Below the pieces are notes generated by a model. The model was not told the origin of the DNA. It saw only the letters and a list, made by a program, of their open reading frames with translations, and did not search any database. From IMG/VR virus record IMGVR_UViG_3300034102_002265, positions 12,699-76,698 of that record: DNA of 64,000 nucleotides, one strand, 5' to 3'. Positions within the stretch are counted from its first letter, which is position 1; the number at the start of each line of letters is the position of its first letter. Position numbers and translations under genes: made by a program. The stretch comes from a virus. Positions 19,706 through 28,083 of this stretch are shown here, one piece after another.

Positions 19706-20365
19706 TTACTGGTAATTTTTTAGAAGGTCTTGTATTTTTTCAGGAATCGGAAAAACTGATTCAAGAACATTATCAAAATTTGTATATTTCCAACTCATAA
19801 AATATGGATTTTCTTCTATATACTTATCTATATCTTTTACGACTTCTGAAATTTGATCTAATAAGTCTAAAGAAACATCTTGGTCTTCACCTTTTTCTTT
19901 TTTTCCTTCTTCATTACTTAAAATAAAACCCAATCTATTACGAATAGCAGTTAAATTCAAAGTCACATAATTATCAAGATTATTTTTTGCAATCAGATTT
20001 AATTTAATTGATTTTAATTCTGAGTCATAAACAGCGTCATAACAATCCAGTAAAGTTGGATTTTTTATTTTTTGATAAATATCTCCATTTTCCATAATCT
20101 CCTCTTCATATTCATATTCATGATTTTCTAAAAGATTTGTCAAATAATAACAAATTTCTGGTTGTTGTTCAGCATTAATTTTGATTAAACTGCAAGAATC
20201 AACATCGTAATGTTCTGGATTAATGCCATTAATAATGCCAGTAGGGGTGTGAACCAATACATTTATGTATTTTGGTCCATCATAAGTTAAAGAAATTTCT
20301 TTCCCTTCATCAAAAGAATTGATATAAAGTTCATCTGGCATTGGATAGGAAAATGTTTTTATCAT
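19706..20365 (-). CDS. Acidic hypothetical protein, possible fibre assembly chaperone
   Basis: 219-aa acidic ORF between the two Cys-rich paralogues, with its own late promoter at 20387-20393. Confidence 0.55.
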   Translation of the reverse strand: MIKTFSYPMPDELYINSFDEGKEISLTYDGPKYINVLVHTPTGIINGINPEHYDVDSCSLIKINAEQQPEICYYLTNLLENHEYEYEEEIMENGDIYQKIKNPTLLDCYDAVYDSELKSIKLNLIAKNNLDNYVTLNLTAIRNRLGFILSNEEGKKEKGEDQDVSLDLLDQISEVVKDIDKYIEENPYFMSWKYTNFDNVLESVFPIPEKIQDLLKNYQ

Positions 20366-20406
20366 GACTCAATAAAAATTTTTAGTTATTTATTAAAAGA
20401 AACCGA

Positions 20407-21522
20407 TTATTTAAAGCAAACACAAACCATTCCCATTCTACCGGCATCACCACAAATCGATAAACAACCACCAGCAACTTGCATCGCAAAACCACCAGAA
20501 CCAGGAAGTAAAAGAGATGCAAGTACTGCACCAAAAGTAGCGCTAGCCGAACAGTAGTTTCCACCACAACTGGTGGAACTACTGAGAGAAAATACGCACT
20601 GTGAAGATGATTCGAATCCATAAATTGGTGGATTTTTGTGATACCCACATTTACAGTAGTGGGCCATACAACTCTCTCCATATGCACCAGCAATACCATA
20701 AACAGTTCCACCTGTAGCTGAACCATAAGATAATGCTGAAGAATGGTACGCAGGAAGCATCATGTGGGGATTACTTGAAAATCCACTTCCACAACACTGG
20801 ATAGTAGGAACTGCTTCATTGAATGGAGTACTAATCGTTGTAGAACAGAAACTAGATCCAGTACCACAAATGCAATATCCAAGAAATGACTGACAAGTAT
20901 ATGCAGGTCTAGCGTCTATAATACCAGTTTTATAATAATAAACATCTCTATCAATCATTTGTTGACAAAGATTTCCTATTCCACCCATGGCACAGAAGTT
21001 TGTTAGTCCAGGCCCAGTGATATAAGAAGCACAACCATTTCCATTACTTATACAGTTCCAACATCCATAACAACATAGAGCGCAACCAGCACAAAGAATA
21101 TATTGACATCCAGCAGTTACAGGCATAATAACTGATGCATAAGCTCCACTTCCACCAAAAGGTGATCCTCCACAACAACCAGCAGCACCAGAAGAACCAC
21201 CAGCACCCCAAATCTGGAATCTTGCACAAGTTGCCCCACCAGGCACTGTCCATGTACAAGTAGCTCCACATCTAAAAAATCCAGAAGTATCGCAAACTTT
21301 AAATCCAGAAGTCCATCCAGAACCAGTCTCTACACAAGCCCACAGTTCTGGTCTAGGAATTTTACCATTAATAATACTAGGAGCATTAGTATTAACAGTG
21401 GACAAATAAGTGCTACAATTACTATTTAAAGTAGAAATACATGATGTTAAGGTATTATTGCAAGTCCTTAAAGGTTGATTTTGTTTATTTAAGGAGTTGT
21501 ATGCTAAAACGTCTATTGTCAT
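20407..21522 (-). CDS. Cys/Gly-rich protein (about 36 Cys), paralogue 2
   Basis: CTWTVPGGATCARFQIWGAGG...CCGGSPFGGSGAYAS. It ends GRMGMVCVCFK and aligns along its length with 18635-19699. Confidence 0.7.
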   Translation of the reverse strand: MTIDVLAYNSLNKQNQPLRTCNNTLTSCISTLNSNCSTYLSTVNTNAPSIINGKIPRPELWACVETGSGWTSGFKVCDTSGFFRCGATCTWTVPGGATCARFQIWGAGGSSGAAGCCGGSPFGGSGAYASVIMPVTAGCQYILCAGCALCCYGCWNCISNGNGCASYITGPGLTNFCAMGGIGNLCQQMIDRDVYYYKTGIIDARPAYTCQSFLGYCICGTGSSFCSTTISTPFNEAVPTIQCCGSGFSSNPHMMLPAYHSSALSYGSATGGTVYGIAGAYGESCMAHYCKCGYHKNPPIYGFESSSQCVFSLSSSTSCGGNYCSASATFGAVLASLLLPGSGGFAMQVAGGCLSICGDAGRMGMVCVCFK

Positions 21523-21527
21523 TTTTA

Positions 21528-21803
21528 TTATGCCCTCGTTATAGAAGTTACATTTCCGGTGCCGGAGTCATAAGTTATAGTAACTGTATAACTAGATGAT
21601 CCTATAGTTTCGATGTATCCCGTAATTTTATTTTCAGAATCATAAGTAATACTACTCAACCTCTTATCACCATAAGTTACAGAAGTCACTCTTCCTAGGC
21701 CATCTTCAACTAAGTCAGAACTCCTAGTAAAAGGTCTTGTTCTAAAATTATAAGCCTCTTCATCAGGATTTCTAGATGGAATGTTTCCAATATACCTAGC
21801 CAT
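21528..21803 (-). CDS. Small hypothetical protein with YD-like beta-hairpin repeats
   Basis: GRVTSVTYGD, ITYDSENKITG and ITYDSGTGNVTSIT. Confidence 0.6.
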   Translation of the reverse strand: MARYIGNIPSRNPDEEAYNFRTRPFTRSSDLVEDGLGRVTSVTYGDKRLSSITYDSENKITGYIETIGSSSYTVTITYDSGTGNVTSITRA

Positions 21804-21816
21804 TTAATTAGCCTCC

Positions 21817-22134
21817 TTACACAGCTTGAACAATGCCATAAACAGAAACCGAAACATTAGCATTGTTTGAATAAACAACAATGTTCTTGGTTGCAGTTAA
21901 AGTAACACCCGTTCTTTCCAAAACTCCATTGCCGGGAATAGTTGTATCATATTCAATCCACTCGGCATTAGTTGGGGTTCCTGAAGCTGATGCGGCAACT
22001 CTAACTACAGCAGCAGTTGTTCCTCTGTTTGCAATACTAATGTTCACTACTGCATAGTTACTTGCAGGAACTGTATAAACTGTAGTATTAGTTGTTGCGC
22101 TTGGTGCAGATTGAGATAAAATTGCAGAGGCCAT
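21817..22134 (-). CDS. Small beta-sandwich virion structural protein
   Basis: TTNTTVYTVPA...IEYDTTIPGNGVLERTG pattern typical of fibre-associated phage proteins. A perfect TATAAATA lies upstream at 22162-22169. Confidence 0.65.
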   Translation of the reverse strand: MASAILSQSAPSATTNTTVYTVPASNYAVVNISIANRGTTAAVVRVAASASGTPTNAEWIEYDTTIPGNGVLERTGVTLTATKNIVVYSNNANVSVSVYGIVQAV

Positions 22135-22161
22135 TTCTAATCAGATAATTTTCCTTTAAAG

Positions 22162-22169
22162 TATTTATA
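22162..22169 (-). promoter_or_regulatory. T4-type late promoter TATAAATA
   Basis: Exact consensus upstream of 21817-22134. Confidence 0.8.
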
Positions 22170-22186
22170 AACTTAATGAAAATAGT

Positions 22187-25100
22187 TTATGAAACTCCAA
22201 TAAAATATGCAAATGCTTTAGCATCTTCTATAGCACCTTCCACATCAGCTCTACTTGTTCCACCTAAGAAATTAGCATTCAAATTAGTACATACTGTAGA
22301 AGAAGCAACAGAAACTGGTGCAGTTCCCTGAGCAACGTTAGATACAAATCTTGTTGCAGTTACGATGCCACTGATTGCAATACCATTATTGAATACAACG
22401 TTTCCAGTAAATGTTGGGTTAACCGTTTGGTTAAATGCAGTTCCGTTACCAAGAAGAATTGCGCCACTTGCTGGGAGTCCAGTTAAACCAGTTCCACCCT
22501 TAGTAATTGGAACAGCAGCAGATAAGTTTGCTGGATCAATATAATAAGAAGGCGATTGACTACCTAAAGTAGCAGCATCAATATCACCAGTAGTGGAATT
22601 CTTGATACTTACTTGACCGTCAACACCAACAGTAAATGTGGATGTCTTAAATCTAGCGACTCCAAGTGTAGAAAATGTATCTAAAGAAGAAGCGACACGA
22701 TTTAGGGAGATATTAATATTTCCATAGTAAGTATTGACTCCTACACCACCTGGGGCAGAATCAAAACTTGTTGCAGTAACCTGGATTGGTTGGGTGGTTC
22801 CAATTCCAACACTCTTAACTACTTTTTGGTAAGCTGAATTTCCTGCCAAGAATGTATCTTGAGTTGCAGATCCTGAACCAAGTCTTGTTGGAGAAACAGT
22901 TCCAGAAATAATATTAGAAGCATCAATATCAGACTTAGCGAGTAAAGACCAGTTACTATCTAAAGCAGAAGAAGTATTTACCGTCGCAGAGTATCTTACA
23001 TTTTGTTTTGTTACAGTAAGTGTAGTTCCAACTCCAACTGTAGATATTCCTACAGCATTTAAAGTTACTCCATTAGCCGACTGAGTTGCATCAGATTGAG
23101 TTGTATGGAATGTAAATGCGTTGGTAGTTACTGATCCAACATAATAGAATCCACCTGTCGTAATTCCTGTTGGAGTTGCCCCAGTAACTTTAATTGCATC
23201 ACCAGATGCTAATCCATGATTAACAAATACTAAAGTATTTTTGTTTTCATCTATAGTATTTCTTATGAGGGAATGAGTTCCAGTTCCACTCGAAGTAAGT
23301 GATATTGGTGAGGCAATTGCGTAAGTATTAAAAACTTGTACAGAACCAATACCAACTTTCTTAATGTAATAAGTATTTCCATTAATTAGACCACCAATTG
23401 AATTACCACCATTATTTCTGTAAATAACTGGATCACCATCACCTAAGTTTGTATTGTCTATAATAATTCTATTATTAAAGAAGTCTACATTACCACCCGT
23501 ATTATAATCTGTTGGATCGAATGTTTTAGTTACGACAGTACTGAGATTAGTAGAAATAGCGACAGCGTTTCTATCTTGAATATAATCTGGAAGAGCCGTT
23601 GATCCTGGGAATTTTTGGTTATTTGTGAGTTTTAAATATAGTCTAGTCTCTACATTCCCTATAGTAATCTGGAAATTAGATCCTCCAGTTCTACCACCAA
23701 TTAGAGCTGGATTATTTAAAGTTAAAACATTCCCAGTAGCATAATATCTACCACCAGTACTGATAGCAACGTTTGAAACAGTTCCAGCTGCACTAACAGT
23801 AACGGTAGCTGTAATACTTGTACCAATACCAGTTACTGAGTTTAGAGAAACACCTGTATAAATGCCTGGACTTGTATATCCCGATCCACCGCTAAGTGAA
23901 GTGAGATTGAGAGGGACACCCTTAACTAAACCTGTAGTTCCATATGCTACTGATGTTGGAGCAGTAACGATACCAATAGCGTTTCCAGCGGATAAAGCAC
24001 TCGTAACAGTATCTCCATTCAAGAAATTATAATTTGTTGTTGGGGAATCTAAAATTAAATATTCTTGGATAGTATCTTGAACAAGGACATAAGAATTTTC
24101 TGGTTCAGCAGCAGTATCACCTTGTCTAATGTTTGCAGCAGGAATGTAGTTTACGAGAGAAGTTTTTCCACCAATTGTAGTAACAGTAATGAAATTAACC
24201 ACTTTTGGTGGAATTAAATCTGCATTAATTTGTCCAGATGCATTCAGTTGAACAATATTATTTGGAATAGCACTGGTACTTACTCTCTTATCAATAAAAT
24301 CGCCTAAGCGATTATTCATGAATGTTCTTACTGCAAGTTGAGTGGATACTCTCTTATTCAGTGGTCCACCAATTTCAGTTTCACCTAAATTAACATCTGA
24401 GGAGAATTCTTCAATAACTGTACCACCAGAAAGACTCAATCTAAGTGAATCCAACTGACCAATTGTAACTTTATTATTGAAGATAATATTACCAGTTCTG
24501 TTATATGCGGTAATAAAATCACCAATCTTAAAGTCACCTAGTTCATTAGTACCTGAGGAATATACTCTACCACCTTGTTCCGATACTTGTTCTGAAGAAG
24601 GAATTGTTTTACCGCCATTTTGTGGTAAAGCATTATAGTCAATACCAGATCCAGAATATTCCCAAGTATGCGAAGAGGAGTTGATTATAGATGGTCTATG
24701 GAAGTGGAGTTTATATGTTTCTGGAAGATCTCCAATGTCTGGAATTACATTACCAGGTATAGTAGAGTCTACTTTTGTTTCTACAGTAAAATAAGTTGTA
24801 ATTCCAGCAACTGCAGTCACTCCTATCGATATTGGTGACGCAGTATGATCGGCAATTGGATTTGGTGAGGATGCAGAAAATAGATTTTTTATACCACCTA
24901 CAGATTCTACAGAAACAATAAGACTTCTAGTAGATGACAAATAAGTTAATGCAATACCTACAGCAGTTCCACCACCAGCAAGAACTTGCGTTACTTCTCT
25001 ACCAGAAACAAACTTTAATGTAGAACTTGTAGATGCAAGACTTACTCTTTGATAGACATTATGTGCATCTATGATTTCATAAGCAAAGAAATCTTGATTG

Positions 25101-28030
25101 TTCTTAAGGAAAGTATTGATGCCTACAAATGTAGATCCTAATGATACAAGTCTTGTTAAGCTATCATCTTCATAAAGTCTAAAACTACTTGCATCAATAT
25201 ATCCAATATAATATTGGTTTTTACTAACAAGTCCACCAATTACTTGTTGGGGAATGCTTTGTTCATTTCCAATATAAACGACACTTTCTCCATTAATAAA
25301 TGGGTGTGCAGGTATTGTAATTACGCTAGTTGCAGTATTTACTGAACTACCTACATTAAACTGTTGTTGTACTAAGAGTGGTTTAAAGTTTGATGTTACA
25401 TCATTATCATTGTCATCGAAGAATCTTAGTACATATAGATCTTGTTCAGATCTCCCAAGTCCAACAGTTTTAAGAGTCTGAAGTCCTCCAGAAACTCCCG
25501 TTGCAGCAACTCTACCTCTATCAAATGTAAATGAATTTGGACTGAATCCGGTAGATCTAAGAGCATAATAACCAAAGTTAGTTGCTGAGTTGGTAATTGA
25601 TAGATAGCCGCCAGACTGTGTTAATGAACCATATCGACAGAAGATCTGGAAACAAGAAACAACCTGAGCATAACCATCATTAATTGTTCTCCAACCAATA
25701 CCACCAAACGAAACCATGGTAAAGGTTGCTGCGACCATGGACTTACCGAATTTAGGTAAATCGCCAACTGGTGGTTTTTCTGCTTCTTCAGGTATTGCAG
25801 GAATATTGTTATCCTGAACTTTAGATCCATCTACTAAAATACCATTTCCACCAAGGAATGAAAGAATGGAACAGTTCTGGATATATGGAGATTGGGTAAT
25901 TTTTAATTTACCTAATTGAGCAGTTCCCCCTCCATCATAATAATGTTGTATTGTTGTAATTCCTGCTTTGATCGTAAATTCTACAGGAGATCCAGTAGAA
26001 ATAATATCAAAATCACGTTGACCATTTGCATTCGATTCTGGGTAGAAAACTGTTGTAACTCCAGCATCATAATTGCAAGTAAATCCTAATCCGGAAAGTC
26101 TTACTACTTGTCCTTTAATCAATTGGTGAGGAATATCAGTAGTTATTGTTGTAATTCCAGTCGCATTATTATAATAAGCATCAACTACGTTAACAATGGT
26201 TCCACCATATCCAACTCTATTAACAGATGAATCAAATGGATCATCAAAAGCAACAGTATAATCAAATGTATGTTGTGGAACTCCATCAATAACATAATCT
26301 TTCATTGAAATGTTTGTTATATAACAACCATTTCTTACTCTGAATAAATCTTGTCCTGCATGTAAAGGTCTTACAATGGTATTTCTGAGTGAATCACCTG
26401 AAACAGAAATGCCATCTGCAACAATAAGAGGGTTGTTTTCTACATAATCTCCACCTTGAACAAATACGGTAACCGCATCTAGAGTTTCTGGTTGTGGATA
26501 AGTTTTTGTTGGTGCAAAGCCAATTCCACCAGAAATAATAGCTGTTGTAATTCCAACATATGAACCTATTGCAGACCAAACATTAGCGCAAGATGCAATA
26601 CTATAACTATCTTTATCAACTGTTTGATCATACGCAATAGTAAGATCATATTGTTGAGTAAGAACTAACTGATATGTTGTTGGTACTGCAGTATTGTTTA
26701 TGATATATCTAGAAATAGTAGTAATATATTGGAAGGCAGCTACGGTTTCTGTAAGTCTATCATCAAATGAAGCCTTTACAAGTTGATAGTATTTAATTGT
26801 TGCATCAACAGTTTTTGAATTTCCTCCATAAGCTAAGTCATGGATAAATCCATCTAAAATGTATCCAATATAAAGTTTAGCGTTATTTGAATTGTATCCT
26901 GGATCTCCAACTATGGATGGATATTGATTTTGAATATATGCAACAACTTCTGCCTTAATAAATTCTTTGTTTAATTTTACTAGATTGGAACCATCTATAA
27001 ATCTAGAATCGACAGTATTTTTTAGCCTTTGTGAGGCAAGTTGCAATCCTCTCCGTATAGTTTGTACTGGTAAAATTCTACCATCGTTACTATCATCACC
27101 GTCAAGAGCCGATACTACAATTCTAGTTTGTGCAGATGAACCAGCCGAACCAAAGGTAACATTTCCAGCTCCATCAGTTATTAGAGCTTGGCCGGGTCTA
27201 CCATCTACAGTTGGGAAACTTAATCCACTAATAATTGCAGATTCTAATGTTGAAATTCCTATAACATTTATAGCACTTAGGATACCTGCCTTACCTGTTA
27301 TTGTACCATCTAGTACTAAATCGGATCCAAAACCTACAAAACCATCTACATAAAGACTTTGGCCAATACCAACACTTCTATCAACATTTAGGTTGTCATT
27401 AAGTTGTACAGAACCATCTACCTCTAGAGTGCCACCTATTTCAGTAAAAGAAGATACACTTAAGGTATTGCCTATACTAACAGAACCAGTTAAAGAAGAT
27501 TTACCACCTACACTAAGACTTGCTCCTACACCTAAGTTATAACCAATTTGACCAGCACCACCAGCGGTTAAATTGGAACCTATTCCTACGGATGTTCCTA
27601 CAGAAAGGCTACTTCCTATAGAAACAGCAGCTCCAACTACTAAACTAGACCCAATGGAAACACCATTGACGACGGATAAATCGGAACCAAATCCAGCTAA
27701 GCCACCAACACTTAGGTCTCTAGTTACTGTTATATTTTTTTGAGCAAGTAGATTTGATGAAAATCCAACTGCTCCTGCAACATCTAATCCATCTTGCAAA
27801 AAGGTAGATCTATTAACAGTAAGATTATCCTCAACAATAACAGATCCAGCAATTGTTCCACCAACCGAATTGGTAAAATCTGTTCTTAACAACTCAAATC
27901 CATTTGGTTGCGAACCATCGTGAACATGAACTGATTTGTTGGTAGTATTTACAGTAAGTTCACCGGACGCGCCAGTAAAAGCTACGTGTTCTTCCTTTGT
28001 ACCTCTTCTGAGTTGTACCTGTTTAGTCAT
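22187..28030 (-). CDS. Large tail fibre or receptor-binding protein (1947 aa)
   Basis: N-terminus QVQLRRGT...FTGASGELTVNTTNKSVHVHDG...GFELLR (Mtd-N/hyaluronidase-like anchor), 12-aa beta-helix repeats, a pectin-lyase-like segment (GDYVENNPL...GDSLRNTIVRP, SPYIQNCS) and C-terminal VASSTVCTNLNANFLGG. Confidence 0.8.
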   Translation of the reverse strand: MTKQVQLRRGTKEEHVAFTGASGELTVNTTNKSVHVHDGSQPNGFELLRTDFTNSVGGTIAGSVIVEDNLTVNRSTFLQDGLDVAGAVGFSSNLLAQKNITVTRDLSVGGLAGFGSDLSVVNGVSIGSSLVVGAAVSIGSSLSVGTSVGIGSNLTAGGAGQIGYNLGVGASLSVGGKSSLTGSVSIGNTLSVSSFTEIGGTLEVDGSVQLNDNLNVDRSVGIGQSLYVDGFVGFGSDLVLDGTITGKAGILSAINVIGISTLESAIISGLSFPTVDGRPGQALITDGAGNVTFGSAGSSAQTRIVVSALDGDDSNDGRILPVQTIRRGLQLASQRLKNTVDSRFIDGSNLVKLNKEFIKAEVVAYIQNQYPSIVGDPGYNSNNAKLYIGYILDGFIHDLAYGGNSKTVDATIKYYQLVKASFDDRLTETVAAFQYITTISRYIINNTAVPTTYQLVLTQQYDLTIAYDQTVDKDSYSIASCANVWSAIGSYVGITTAIISGGIGFAPTKTYPQPETLDAVTVFVQGGDYVENNPLIVADGISVSGDSLRNTIVRPLHAGQDLFRVRNGCYITNISMKDYVIDGVPQHTFDYTVAFDDPFDSSVNRVGYGGTIVNVVDAYYNNATGITTITTDIPHQLIKGQVVRLSGLGFTCNYDAGVTTVFYPESNANGQRDFDIISTGSPVEFTIKAGITTIQHYYDGGGTAQLGKLKITQSPYIQNCSILSFLGGNGILVDGSKVQDNNIPAIPEEAEKPPVGDLPKFGKSMVAATFTMVSFGGIGWRTINDGYAQVVSCFQIFCRYGSLTQSGGYLSITNSATNFGYYALRSTGFSPNSFTFDRGRVAATGVSGGLQTLKTVGLGRSEQDLYVLRFFDDNDNDVTSNFKPLLVQQQFNVGSSVNTATSVITIPAHPFINGESVVYIGNEQSIPQQVIGGLVSKNQYYIGYIDASSFRLYEDDSLTRLVSLGSTFVGINTFLKNNQDFFAYEIIDAHNVYQRVSLASTSSTLKFVSGREVTQVLAGGGTAVGIALTYLSSTRSLIVSVESVGGIKNLFSASSPNPIADHTASPISIGVTAVAGITTYFTVETKVDSTIPGNVIPDIGDLPETYKLHFHRPSIINSSSHTWEYSGSGIDYNALPQNGGKTIPSSEQVSEQGGRVYSSGTNELGDFKIGDFITAYNRTGNIIFNNKVTIGQLDSLRLSLSGGTVIEEFSSDVNLGETEIGGPLNKRVSTQLAVRTFMNNRLGDFIDKRVSTSAIPNNIVQLNASGQINADLIPPKVVNFITVTTIGGKTSLVNYIPAANIRQGDTAAEPENSYVLVQDTIQEYLILDSPTTNYNFLNGDTVTSALSAGNAIGIVTAPTSVAYGTTGLVKGVPLNLTSLSGGSGYTSPGIYTGVSLNSVTGIGTSITATVTVSAAGTVSNVAISTGGRYYATGNVLTLNNPALIGGRTGGSNFQITIGNVETRLYLKLTNNQKFPGSTALPDYIQDRNAVAISTNLSTVVTKTFDPTDYNTGGNVDFFNNRIIIDNTNLGDGDPVIYRNNGGNSIGGLINGNTYYIKKVGIGSVQVFNTYAIASPISLTSSGTGTHSLIRNTIDENKNTLVFVNHGLASGDAIKVTGATPTGITTGGFYYVGSVTTNAFTFHTTQSDATQSANGVTLNAVGISTVGVGTTLTVTKQNVRYSATVNTSSALDSNWSLLAKSDIDASNIISGTVSPTRLGSGSATQDTFLAGNSAYQKVVKSVGIGTTQPIQVTATSFDSAPGGVGVNTYYGNINISLNRVASSLDTFSTLGVARFKTSTFTVGVDGQVSIKNSTTGDIDAATLGSQSPSYYIDPANLSAAVPITKGGTGLTGLPASGAILLGNGTAFNQTVNPTFTGNVVFNNGIAISGIVTATRFVSNVAQGTAPVSVASSTVCTNLNANFLGGTSRADVEGAIEDAKAFAYFIGVS

Positions 28031-28065
28031 AGTACCACGGGTAAACGCAAATCTTTCTTCTGTTT

Positions 28066-28072
28066 TATTTAT
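28066..28072 (-). promoter_or_regulatory. Late promoter ATAAATA (upstream of the tail fibre gene)
   Basis: Intergenic, 35 nt upstream of the start codon. Confidence 0.7.
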
Positions 28073-28083
28073 GGAGGTTTTAA

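Noticed and set aside
18635-21522. Cys-rich proteins as RiPP or lanthipeptide precursors, or as selenoproteins
   Set aside because: At about 360 aa they are far longer than typical precursors. There is no leader/core architecture, no cyclase or radical SAM enzyme nearby, and no in-frame TGA.
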